Assembly: GCF_022045235.1 (NCBI RefSeq)
Contig: NW_027266308.1
Coordinates: 68,572,001 to 68,636,000 of the forward strand
Direction of reading: 5' to 3'
DNA from: Haliotis cracherodii
Lineage: Eukaryota
Length of the DNA: 64,000 nt
The translations under genes and the position numbers were made by a program. Each line of letters opens with the position of its first letter. Within the stretch, counting starts at the first letter, position 1. This document shows positions 11,995 through 24,700 of this stretch, piece after piece. The notes under the pieces were generated by a model. That model was not told where the DNA came from and ran no database searches. It saw only the letters and a program-made list of their open reading frames with translations.

Positions 11995-14900
11995 TCACTT
12001 GTAGTACTTGGCCATTATACCATCAAGGTCGTGCAGAACATCTTTCCGTGGAAGTTGGAACAAATCTTTCTTCAAATCACAAAGCCGATACAGCTGGAAC
12101 TCGGCCTCTGCCAGAAGCAGACAAAACGGACTCTTCCCAGCACTGACACAGTGATTCTCAAAATCTGTGATTCGGTCGTAGTCCCAGTCATGAAGATCGA
12201 CAAGGTCCTGCCACGCTGCCCCGATCTGCGTCTCCAGCTTCCTCTGTAGCCACTGGATGATTGGTCGCTTCAACTTGCGCACCAGGATGTCCTCTGGAGG
12301 CAGACTGGACGAGGGGCCAGACGCCATTGTTTGGACTGCACAGCAGAGGGAAAGCATTGATTAATTAGATCACTTGAGATACATTTAATGTTGGTGTTAG
12401 ATTCAAATGCCAATATCTTCTTAGGCGGACAATTGAATCCAATCTAAATTATAATCACACAAACATGTGTCACAGTCATTGATGGTAAGAGTTGCCTGCC
12501 CTTGTTGCAACTTTTATCCCGAAGACAAGTGAGTCAGTATGGTTTTACGCCGCTTTTAGCAATATTCCAGCAATATGTTGATTGAAGCGTACCACGTGGG
12601 TACAATGGGGGTAAAGTGTACCACGTGGGTACAATGGGGGGTAAAGCATACCACGTGGGTACAATGGGGGGTATAGCGTACCACCTGGGTACAATGGGGG
12701 ATAAAGTGTACCAGTTGCGTACAATGGGGGTAAAGTGTACCACGTGGGTACAATGGGGGGTAAAGCGTACCACCTGGGTACAATGGGGGATAAAGTGTAC
12801 CAGTTGGGTACAATGGGGGTAAAGTGTACCACGTGGGTACAATGGGGGTAAACTGTAACACGTGGGTACAATGGGGGGGGTAAAGCGTGCCACGTGGGTA
12901 CAATGGGGGGTAAAGTGTACCACCTGGGTACATTGGGGGTAAAGCGTACCACCTGGGTACAATGGAGGGTAAAGCGTACCACGTGGGTACAATGGTGGGT
13001 AAAGTGTACCACCTGGGTACATTGGGGGTAAAGCGTACCACCTGGGTACAATGGGGGATAAAGTGTACCATGTGGGAACAATGGGAGTAAACTGTACCAT
13101 GTGGGAACAATGGGTGGGTAAAGCATACCACCTGGGTACATTGGGGGGTAAAGCGTACCACCTGGGTACAATGGAGGGTAAAGCGTACCACGTGGGTACA
13201 ATGGTGGGTAAAGCGTACCACCTGGGTACATTGGGGGTAAAGCGTACCACCTGGGTACAATGGGGGTAAAGTGTACCATGTGGGAACAATGGGTGGGTAA
13301 AGCATACCACCTGGGTACATTGGGGGGTAAAGCGTACCACCTGGGTACAATGGAGGGTAAAGCGTACCACGTGGGTACAATGGTGGGTAAAGCGTACCAC
13401 CTGGGTACAATGGGGGTAAAGCGTACCACCTGGGTACAATGGGGGATAAAGTGTACCATGTGGGAACAATGGGTGGGTAAAGCATACCACCTGGGTACAT
13501 TGGGGGGTAAAGCGTACCACCTGGGTACAATGGAGGGTAAAGCGTACCACGTGGGTACAATGGTGGGTAAAGCGTACCACCTGGGTACAATGGGGGTAAA
13601 GCGTACCACCTGGGTACAATGGGGGATAAAGTGTACCATGTGGGAACAATGGGGGTAAACTGTACCACCTGGGTACATTGGGGGGTAAAGCGTACCACCT
13701 GGGTACAATGGGGGGTAAAGCGTACCATGTGGGTACAATGGGGGGTAAAGTGTACCACAGGGGTACAATGTGTGAAGCCAATTACTGGTTTTCCCAACCA
13801 GGATTATACTGGAATACTGCTGAAAGCAGCGTGAAACCATACTCCCTCACTTGTTCCTCGCATCACATTAATCACTGACATCAATCCCACCAGTCACATC
13901 AGCGACATCCTGTTCTGAAACATCACTGTTTGTTTATAAATGGTAAACCGAAATACATGATCAGATAGGACTTGATACGTAGACTAGGTTTCAGCAACCC
14001 ATGCTTGCCGTAATAAGTGACTATGCTTGTCGTAAAAGGCGACTAACGGGATCGGGGGGTCAGGCTCGCTTACTTGGTTGATGCATGTCATCGATCTCAA
14101 TTGCGTGGATTGATGCTCATGATATCAATCACTGGATTGTCTGGTCCAGACTTGATTATTTACAGACCGCCGTCATATAGCTGGAATATTGCTGAGTGCG
14201 GCGTTAAACAACAAACCAACCAACTTGATACGACCAGTGGGTGTTGCTAATTATCGAATGTGCAGATAACTAACATTTTGTCAAATGGGACATATTAACT
14301 TGAATGAAGCTACACTGTATTAGCTGACTGAGTTGTCTTGTGATCAGTCCTTGACCTCTCTCACCTGTCAAGACAGACTGTCGTCACTCCTGTATTCTAA
14401 TACAAGGCAGTCGGGCAGGGGACTCATAAATGTTGCCTGCCCATCTTCAAAGTTACCGGCCCCCATTCAGACAAGATTGTATTTAAATATATCTTTGCGT
14501 ACTGTGTTTCCGAGCCCCTACGAAATACTTCTGAATATGTGTCTTCATACCAGTGCCAATACACATGAATCTTACATAAAACTAAGACTAGATTGACCAA
14601 TGAAAGCGTAGTTACTTCATTTCATCCACGGTTAATCATGGATAGCTGACGACAGTACGAGCAAAATCACCAAAAGTATGAGACAAATTGTGTCTTGACT
14701 GTTGAAATAAAGCAAACAACTACTTGAGAATCTACGAGGAATATGTAAATAGTCTTAAAATCATCTGTCAGACAGTCGGGCAGGTGGAGGCAACTTTCAT
14801 GCCCGACAAATAAGTCACCAGCCGCGGCTGGCAGACAGGCAGTTAATTCAGATGCTTGGCCACTCACCTCCCAGCTCAGCACTTGCGGCTCCTCCATAGC

Positions 14901-17900
14901 CCTCCTGGTCCTGTAGACACAGATAATGAAGCCGTCATTAAATCATCAGCCAATAAATGTAGTTAGCAACACTTTAAGTTTTTCTTCAAACAGTCGAAAG
15001 GATGGTAGTCTGAATGTGGAGTTTAGTGTGTGTGTGTATGAGGGCAAAAACAGGCGTGGCTCTCTCCAAAAGCTTCTACAGTCTGATCGCGACATCAACC
15101 TGCCAAAATCTGCTGGCATGAAAATTAGCTGTTTTCTCCTTGCATTTTCCTGCCAGGGACGTATAGCTTCCCACGTAGTGCCCATGACTCTAACAGATGT
15201 ACATGTCAGTTACCTGCCTAATTAGAACAATAACCAGCCTGCAGTGATTAGAAAACTTTCATGTCTAATTAGAAAATACCTACCTGGAAACTACGTAAAT
15301 AATTTGAATATTTACCTGCACCTTCCAAATTAAAATAATCACCTTCCAAATTAAAATAATTACCTGCCTTGTTAAAATAATTACCTGCCTAGTTACAATA
15401 ATTACCTGCCTTGTAACAAATAATTACCTGCTTCCTTACAATAATTACCCACCTTAAAACAATTAATACCTGCCTTGTTACAATAATTACCTGCCTTCTT
15501 ACAATAACTACCCACCTTGTAACAATAATTACCTGCATCTTTACAATAATTACCCACATTGTTACAATAATTACCTGCATCTTTACAATAATTACCTGCC
15601 TTGTAACAATAATTACCTGCCTCCTTACAATAGTAACCCACCTTATAACAATTAATACCTGCCTTGTTACAATAAATACCTGCCTCCTTACAATAATTAC
15701 CTGCCTCCTTACACCATGTACAATAATTACCTGTCCAGCAGGGGGGTCAGTCTGGGTTGACTTAGTGACCGTCTTTTGTGCAGTCAGACTTGGATCTGTG
15801 AAAAAGTAATTTAATGCCAAATCAAAAATAGAAGCCTCTCAGCAATAATGAAAGTGTAGCCTAACTACGCAATGATCAGTACTGAGTTAGGTAAAACTAA
15901 GTTACACAGAAAGCATATGGAATCCCTTGATACAAATACTATTAGAGCCAACTTTAAGGAGCTTGCTATTTTGCTTTAAAAGCACTCGTATTCCAGTTAT
16001 ATCACAGTATCACAGCATGTTAGCTTTAAGTGGGAGGAAAGCCCGAAGTGATGCAGGTCTCAGACATTTACCCCTTTGGTGAAGCCCATGAGCACTGGTA
16101 TGGTGCTGACAAACTTTAAGGTACCCAGGACACCCTATGATTTCGAGCACTGATGAATAAAACTTTTCATCACCTTTTAGTGTTAAAATGTACCTAAATT
16201 TTATGAAAATAATAACAGGCAGGAGAGACCATCCAGCTTACCTTCATTGAGAGAAATACTGTGTCTCTGGTCTGGGATATTCTTTGGGAGGTTGGTGCCA
16301 CCTGTCCTCCACTGACCTTGACCACTCAGACCAAGGTCATTACTGGACATGGACGATGTGTTTTGCTTCCTGGTTGTGAGGGCCGACACCACATCTGCTA
16401 ACCGTTCTTCAATTTCAGAATCTGTTATTCCCACATATGACGTGACAATCTGCATGGATGAGTGAGACAGGGGTTCGCTGACAGTTTCATCAATTGAAAC
16501 ATTTGACATCTTGGATTCCACTTGCTTGTCTTCAATGGTGTTGATGCCAGTTGCCAGGTTGGATAGGGTGTTGGATACATCAGCCTGGTTGTTTCCATCC
16601 CGGAGTTTGGAGGAGCCAGTCAGAGATCCACTGTCAAGACTCAGCTGCTGTAGTCTGGCCTGGGCCGTGGACAGGCTCCCACACCCCGCAGACGCCACAC
16701 AAACTGAGGTGACATGATAGAGAGGCATTGATACAGGGAATAAACAGGATAGAGAGGCATTAATACGGGGAATAAACAGGATAGAGAGGCATTGATACGG
16801 GAATAAACAGGATAGAGAGGCATTGATACGGGAATAAACAGGATAGAGAGGCATTAATACGGGGAATAAACAGGATAGAGAGGCATTAATACGGGGAATA
16901 AACAGGATAGAGAGGCATTGATACGGGGAATAAACAGGATAGAGGGGCATTGATACGGGGAATAAATAAACAGGATAGAGAGGCATTAATACGGGGAAAA
17001 AACAGGATAGAGAGGCATTAATACGGGGAATAAACAGGATAGAGAGGCATTAATACGGGGAATAAACAGGATAGAGGGGCATTGATATGGGGAATAAACA
17101 GGATAGAGAGGCATTGATAGGGGAATAAACAGGATCGAGAGGCATTAATACGGGGAATAAACAGGATAGAGAGGCATTGATACGGGAATAAACAGGATAG
17201 AGAGGCATTGATAGGGGAATAAACAGGATCGAGAGGCATTAATACGGGGAATAAACAGGATAGAGAGGCATTAATACAGGGAATAAACAGGATAGAGGGG
17301 CATTGATACAGGGAATAAACAGGATAGAGGGGCATTGATATGGGGAATAAACAGGATAGAGGGGCATTGATATGGGGAATAAACAGGATAGAGAGGCATT
17401 GATGCATGGAAGAAACAGGATAGAGGGGCATTGAAACGGGGAATAAACAGGATAGAGGGGCATTGATACGGGGAATAAACAGGATAGAGGGGCATTGATA
17501 CAGGGAATAAACAGGATAGAGGGGCATTGATATGGGGAATAAACAGGATAGAGGGGCATTGATACGGGGAATAAACAGGATAGAGGGGAATTGATACGGG
17601 GAAGAAACAGGATAGAGGGGCATTGATACAGGGAATAAACAGGATAGAGGGGCATTGATACAGGGAATAAACAGGATAGAGGGGCATTGATATGGAGAAT
17701 AAACAGGATAGAGAGGCATTGATACGAGGAATAAACAGGATAGAGGGGCATTAATACAGGGAATAAACAGGAGGGGCATTGATACGGAGAATAAACAGGA
17801 TAGAGGGGCATTGATACAGGGAATAAACAGGATAGAGGGGCATTGATACGGAGAATAAACAGGATAGAGAGGCATTGATACGGGGAATAAACAGGATAGA

Positions 17901-18201
17901 GGGGCATTAATACAGGGAATACACAGGAGGGGCATTGATACGGAGAATAAACAGGATAGAGGGGCATTAATACAGGGAATAAACAGGATAGAGGGGCATT
18001 GATACGGAGAATAAACAGGATAGAGAGGCATTGATACTGAGAATAAACAGCTTAGAGGGGCATTAATACAGGGAATACACAGGAGGGGCATTGATAGGGA
18101 AACAAGGCAAAAAGTGAGCAGGGCTCACTAATACCCTTGATCTTGACTCCAACACATTCCTAAGCTCAAAACATTAAACTTGGCACTGCACACACACACA
18201 C

Positions 18202-18250
<49 letters not shown>

Positions 18251-21193
18251 ACACACGGTATAGAAACTGTACTCCTAATTTAAAAATTACAAGCCCGTGC
18301 GCGAAATGCGCATATGTCGGGAAAGCGCACGTTCAATTCCTAATTTAAGTAAGTAAGTAAGCACTGACAGGTGGAGTAAACTGACTGACTGAACTGAACT
18401 GCACATTAATTTACACTCAGGCAGCTATCATAATTTGGACAGTTTTCTCAATGTTCCTAATCGTGAATTATTGAAACGTAAATTCATTTTATGGATATTG
18501 GGTTTGATGTAGTAGAATCTGTGTACAAAATATTTGCTTTTGTTTTCTAAAGATTGACAAATACACAAATAATGGAATTCATCACCTATGTCAGATAATT
18601 TATAAAGTTGACATTTCCTCTCGGTTAAAGGTATTTTTCTCCATCTCCCAGTTTCAATAGGTAGATTATGGTTTAAAGTTCTAAACTTAAGGTAAGACTC
18701 TCCAAATGTGATAATGTCACTTCATTTTTCATGTCTTAGATAAGTAGGATTTGTGAAACTTTGTGAAAACCAGATGTAGCTAAGTCCAAGTTCATCAAAC
18801 GTTTGTTTCATATATGTAATCCATTTATGCTTACATTTTCAAAATAGGTCATCATTAAATAACAACTTGTATACAAGAAAGGATCATTTAGATGATTTCC
18901 CGGAGTGTAATTTAGCCCCAAAACTTATCATTCTCATTTTAGAGATGTTTGAGAGATAGATAGGATATCCCTGATATGTGTTACAAACAGTATAGAAAGA
19001 GGGACTAACACCATTCAACAAACACCATTCAAGGGGAGCTCCTGATTTGTTTGTTTGTTTGTTTGTTGTTAAACGCCACCCTTGGCAAAATTCCAGTTAT
19101 ATGACAGCGGTCTGTAAATAAAAGATTGTGGACCAGACAATCATGTGATTGACATCAGGAGCATCGATCCATGTAATTGGGATATTATGACATACATCAA
19201 CTCGTCAGCGAGTCTGACCCCATGATCCCGTTAGTCGCCCTTTTACTGCAAGCATGGGTTGTTGAAGACCTAATCTACCCCTGATCTTTGCGGGGAGACA
19301 AGCATGGGTTGTTGAAGACCTATTCTACCCCTGATCTTTGCGGGGAGACAAGCATGGGTTGTTGAAGACCTATTCTACCCCTGATCTTCACAGGTCGAGA
19401 TTAGGAATATCGGAATTTATTTCAGATATGTTCATGAATCTGGTCCTTAATGAACTATTTTGTCCTAATTTAATTGAAGGATGGCATGTTGCACTCACTG
19501 TTGTGTTTCCTCTCCGAGGTGCTACCCAGGGGGTGTGGGGTTCCTCCTCCTCCAGCCTCCCATGAGGGGAGGGAGGAGATGGACGGAGCATCCTGCAGCT
19601 TCTGGAGGGCTGGCAGGGAGGAGAGAAAATCTACATCATTATCTTGAATTACATATCAACATCATCACATGGAGAAGGTATTGTAAACAAATTTAATTGT
19701 TATTTTTTTACATGGCTTTAGATAATCTGCATTTTGTATTAAATATGTAAAATAAATCACTATTAACCAATTCATTTTGAAACCTATTAGTATACCAGAA
19801 TGCATTAGTACCTACTGTATCCCTCAGACCTTAGTATCGCTTGGTATCTTGCAAAGCGATTCATATAATAATAGTAATAGTATACAAATATAGTAATACA
19901 AATTAGTAATATTGAAAACCCAAAAAAACTATCAATATCCAATGTGAAAAATAACATGTAATAATCAGCAGCTCCAACAATCATCTGGAGCCTGTTGTTA
20001 CCAGTGGTTGGAATTACAGGAACACTTGGGGTCCAGTGATTGACAAGTATACCTGCTGTTGCCTCAGAAATAAGTTCCTCTGACTTAAGAATCTGATGTC
20101 GTCCTGGAATATCAAGATTCTCATCCTGAGAAATTGGGTGTTGAACAGGAGTGGACATTGAGCACGGAAGAGGTGTGGCACGAAGCACATGTTCTGGAGA
20201 CGATGTGCCACCAAACACATGTCCTGGAGCAGGCATGGCATCGTTCATATCTCCTGTCACGTGACTGGTTGCGGCACAGTTTCTGTGACCTGGTCTGGAG
20301 TAGGAAGCATTGCGGTGACCAGAGGAGGCGGCACTAGCAGCCCCAGACTGTGTGTGCATTCCACTATCCATACGATCAGGAAACCCACACGCTCTCACAT
20401 ACTGGTCTCCTTGGGGACTCTCATCTCTCTCATCTGGGAAATAAGAAAACGTGAGGCTAAATCACACTTTCTGATGGTATGTATAAGAAACGTATCCATT
20501 AGTAAAGGAAGAGAATTAACAGAGGGTTATATAACATGGCAGTTTCAAAGGGTTCGTTCCTCTCATGCAGGTATTTGACCATGTTATTTTACAATCAACA
20601 TAGTTTTGACAATCTGTCAGCTGGTCAGTCCGAGGGTCATTTATGATAAATCATTAACAGATGGGTGGGTTTGGGTGGCGGATGGAGGGATGGGTAGGTG
20701 CTTAAAAGAGAATAATAGGTATCAATGGATGGTATGGCTTGGTGGCTCAGATGATTGTGTTTCATTGTACACATACATGGATTGTTGTTCGTAATATCAA
20801 TCACTGTGTTGTTTTGTCCAGTCTTGATAATTTACAGACCACTGTATTATGACTGGGATATTACTGAGTGCAGTGTTAAACAACAAACAACAAACAACAG
20901 CATATTAATTAGGAAATATATACATTAGTTATTTATTTGAAATTGATTGTGAATTATCCAAAGTATTTTCACATCAGAGACACTAACTGTAAATGTCTTC
21001 TGGGTGTATAATTTGAATATGAATATGAATATGACGAAAAAAGTTGTTTACGAGTCGCTGTGCAAATGTGGGCCAACACAGCACAAGTTACGACGCATAA
21101 AAATGGACTGAGGTCATTCCAGTTCTTCATCTGCATGATCATCATATTGGCGATGAAATGCTCGATTATCTCACCTGTCCTTCTCGAAGCCAT
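11995..21193 (-). CDS. Death-domain adaptor-like protein (~470-500 aa; low-complexity Ser/Pro/Gly-rich N-terminus, C-terminal MyD88/IRAK-type death domain)
   Basis: Phase-compatible GT-AG exon chain on the minus strand: 21193-21175 (MASRRT), 20433-20053 (or 20002), 19609-19499, 16703-16242, 15795-15731, 14910-14868, possible microexon 13914-13891, 12335-11995 (stop TGA). Last exon ...KLETQIGAAWQDLVDLHDWDYDRITDFE...SPFCLLL...LKKDLFQLPRKDVLHDL has the W-x-x-L, P-x-x-LL and R-x-D-V pattern of death domains. The 3' end is uncertain. Confidence 0.7.
12585..13770. repeat. ~30-bp G-rich minisatellite between inverted SINE tails
   Basis: GTACCACGTGGGTACAATGGGGGTAAAGC variants, ~39 copies. Confidence 0.95.
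13988..14222 (+). mobile_element. Family C element, 5'-truncated
   Basis: Body and tail match family C. Confidence 0.8.
15205..15733. repeat. 21-bp tandem repeat containing a minus-strand splice donor
   Basis: ACAATAATTACCTGCCTTGTA variants; CAG|GTAATT on the minus strand. Confidence 0.9.
15985..16115 (-). mobile_element. SINE family A, partial
   Basis: GTGGGAGGAAAGCCCGAAGTGATGCAGGTCTCAGAC is shared with the 48814 copy. Confidence 0.75.
16715..18098. repeat. ~32-bp purine-rich minisatellite, ~43 copies
   Basis: AGGATAGAGAGGCATTAATACGGGGAATAAAC repeated; abuts the minus-strand acceptor at 16704. Confidence 0.95.
18189..18257. repeat. (CA)n-poly(C)-(CA)n compound microsatellite
   Basis: Direct inspection. 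Confidence 0.9.
18385..18970 (-). mobile_element. Degenerate 3' fragment of a non-LTR retrotransposon ORF2 (RTEX-like C-terminus)
   Basis: Minus strand of ~18560-18690 translates LKFRTLNHNLPIETGRWRKIPLTERKCQLYKLSDIGDEFHYLCI, the typical C-terminal Zn-knuckle region of LINE ORF2. Stops nearby and a short simple-repeat tail at ~18380-18400. Clade assignment is from memory. Confidence 0.75.
19045..19396 (-). mobile_element. Family C element with a triplicated 5' module
   Basis: Reverse complement of family C; CAAGCATGGGTTGTTGAAGACCTATTCTACCCCTGATCTT occurs three times. Confidence 0.8.
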
Positions 21194-21199
21194 GGACCC

Positions 21200-21560
21200 T
21201 CAGTACACCATGGATTTCATTGCAAAAGAACGTCGTGTTGAAATAGATCGGTCCTCGATCATTTGGTTTCAGAAAGGACGTAAATTCGGGGAATCCCCTA
21301 AAACCTGTAAAATCCACATATGGAAATATCAACGTATCAAGCTATTGGGAAGGGAAATAACTGAGTTAAGGGAGAATATCAAAACCTTTACGTCACTTCT
21401 CGTAGAGGGCGCTGTAAAGTAAAATGTCAGCGCACTTCTATTCACGTGTAGAATCTACCTAATGTGCTTATTGATACATTTAGAATATTACAATGAAAAG
21501 AAACACGTAATTATGAACTTGGATTTATTGCCATCAATTAAAATCAAAATGACATGTTTG
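21200..21560. promoter_or_regulatory. Putative bidirectional promoter (death-domain gene / ABCB10)
   Basis: Divergent ATGs 569 bp apart; locally CpG-rich; TTACGTCA CRE-like site ~21388-21395, CTCF-like CTCGTAGAGGGCGCT 21399-21413, E-box CACGTG ~21443. Confidence 0.6.
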
Positions 21561-21761
21561 TATCGTCCTTGGGAAGGCAGCTGTCACTGGCCGTGAACTG
21601 TTGCATAAGCCTGTAGGCCAATTTAGTCGGCGAGGCTCTTACTGTCACGGAGCCACGGTCATAGTGTCAGAAACTGTGCTAACGGGACGGACTCAGAAAT
21701 ACCCATCTGTGCAGACACATTCACGGCGATCGCATGCGCCACACACATCAAACCCAGCAAT

Positions 21762-24700
21762 ATGAACTCTATAAGAATACTTGGAGGGATAACTTTGCGG
21801 CCATCATCTTTGTGGAAGGTTGTCGTACAGTACCGGACAGTGAAAACTTCCCCTATATGGCGTCAGAAGGTCCCAAAAGTACCAAACAGTTCAAAGACTG
21901 CCGTCCCCAAGATTTCAGATGTAAAGCGACTTATTGGCTTGGCCAAACCTGAAAGACTGAAATTAGCAGGTGAGTGTCCATGTCATCCCATGACTCAGCA
22001 TAAATGGAGTGAGTGAGTGAGTAGTATTTTGGGGTGCATTTAGCAACGCAGGCCTTCTGTGTGACAAGCGACCACTTAAACAATTAGGCCACCCACCACC
22101 CATATTACATTAAATATCCAAGTAAAGGGATAGATGTTTTTCAGAGAGTTATGAGGTATGGAATTAGGAAATTATTAGTAGTATTGGAGTGATTTGCAGA
22201 GAACTAGATGTTGTGATTGGATCATTGATGCCTAATTGTTACAGATAAAATGTTACTGAAATTGGAAATATTCATAAATGCCAACGACCCGTGAAGATCA
22301 TGGGGAAGTACAGGACTTCATGCTTGCCGTAAAAGGCGATTATGCTTGTCGTAAGAGGCGACTAACGGGATCGGATGGTCAGGCTCGCTGACTTGGTTGA
22401 TACATGTCATCGAATCCCAATTGCGAAGATCGATGCTCGTGATGTCAATCACTGGATTCTCTGGTCCAGACTCGATTATTTACAGACCGCCGTCATATAG
22501 CTGGAATATTGCTGAGTGTGGCATTAAACAACAAACAAACAAACAAAACAAAGCTTGTTTTGTATGGCCAAATAGAGCCCTTTGGGGGGATCATTGCCTG
22601 ACCCAAAACCTGTAACGGCTGCAATAGTGCAAGCAGCTGTATACAACGACATTCATTCACTCCTAACAATGTTACAACAATGGCTGTCTGCTGTCAGTGC
22701 CAGGGTGTTTTGTTCCACTGCTAGGGAGATAACTGGGATATCAGCTGGTAATAGCAGGGGATGAAAGGAAGATATATATATATCATTATTGATCTGGAAT
22801 ACAGATGGCTCAGTTGGACATTTAATTATTGCTGGTACACAAATGATGAAGTGAGCTGATAAACAAGTAATGAAAAGATACATGGCATGCTGAACTTGAA
22901 AGGTTTTCATTTCAAATAATGAAATTTATCTTAACATAAATTTCCATTGTTTTCCCAGGCTTTTCAGTTGTTTGCAGGGTCTAAATAAATGTTTTAATTC
23001 CATGCCAACATATTCTATTGGTATTTAAATTTGTGATTAGTCTTTAATGGCAATTAGCCAACTGGTTGTGTATGATTTATTGTCACTTCTGTAGTAGATT
23101 GCCTAGTAGCATTTTCAGGAATTGCAGAGTGAAGTAAGTCCCCAGTGTTTCATACAGTAAACTATGTTTATAACGAACACGCTTATAACGAACTGACGGA
23201 TATAAGAAACTTATGTTTTGGTCCCGGACATTTTCTATATATATAAACTGTATGTATGCTTATAGCAAACTATGGCTGTTATAACGAACTCAAATTAGTG
23301 GTCCCTTTGAGTACGTTAGTACTGTAGTTTACTGTACTTGAAATGCAATCTGCCTCACCAATAATTGGCTCAAGAATTCCCTCTAATTTCATGCTTTGGC
23401 TACCATGGTTACCACCAAGGCTGAAACTATATCACGTCTTTTGTTTTTCTTTAATTTGATAAATATTTCATTTTTGTGTATTCTAGGAAAATAACAATTT
23501 TGACATCAATTTTTAGGTTCAAATGATAGTATAGCATTTTGCACAGCATAACTCATAAACCAGTCGATATTTCTTGATGAAAGTTTGTAAGCACTTCAGA
23601 GAGCATATCTCATACAACCCTGATGGCATTCTGGGTAATAATAGGTTCCCAGTATCCTATGCATGTTTTGAGAGGCAATTAATTGGATTGAGCGGTCAGG
23701 CTTGGTTGATTGTGTGACGGCCGGGGACATTGCTTATAATGTGGTGTTAACATCTATGACATTATCTTACTGGTTTCTTTCAAACATCCTTGACTCTATG
23801 TACTGAGAAGGTGTTTGAAAATGAAAAATGCATGAAATTTCTCCATATGCATGATTTAGAAGGAGGAGGGTTGGTGGTTTTGATCATTAAGAAGGCATAC
23901 AATTTCTATATATACATGAACTTATGGAGGGGGTGGGTGTGTTTGATCATTAAGAAGGCATACAATTTCTATATATACATGAACTTATGGAGGGGGTGGG
24001 TGTGTTTGATCATTAAGAAGGCATACAATTTCTATATATACATGAACTTATGGAGGGGGTGTTTGACCATTAAAAAGACATCAAATTTCGTTGATTTAAT
24101 CAGAACTTCAGATTCCTGTGCTTAAACAGAAAGATTCTAAAAAATACAAAAAAGGAAGCAACTGATTGATTTCAGGGAGGGAGGGTTAAAAAAAACCCCT
24201 ATGCCTCAAGTCACTGTTTCACTGAATTCTTTTACATACACCTCGTTGTGTAGGAAAAAATGGTGTGCACTTTTCTTGCCGACGGTATGTGTTGAAATAT
24301 CGAGAATACAGGGAACTATTTCATGTACATTAGAGTGTTAAAAAATACACTTTGTTATTTTTATCTATTAAAAAATCTGATAATTGAGCACCTGTTTATG
24401 TTGGAAAAAATTATTGAGCTCCTAAATATGTTATTTTTTTAATGTCAAACCCAACCCAAACTCTCCCCCCCCCCACCCCTGAGAATCCAATGGTTTCTCT
24501 CTTCATGAAAGTATGAACCTGGCAACACAAGGGCATACTCGTGGTCCCTGTTCACTAACATATGACAGCATGTATCCATAGTTACTAGGATGGTTCTGGC
24601 CGTGTATTTAACCCCCAACCTTCACGTACAGTGACACAAGTCATGTGTCAGTACATTATTTATGAGATATGCTGGTTTGTTAAAATTTCTGAACAAATGC

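Noticed and set aside
12534-13840. Three >400-aa minus-strand ORFs
   Set aside because: Minisatellite artefacts inside an intron.
17018-18091. Cys/Pro-rich ORFs
   Set aside because: 32-bp repeat translations with frequent frame changes.
18203-18236. Long poly(C) tract as a functional element
   Set aside because: Sits within a (CA)n microsatellite; homopolymer length is unreliable in assemblies.
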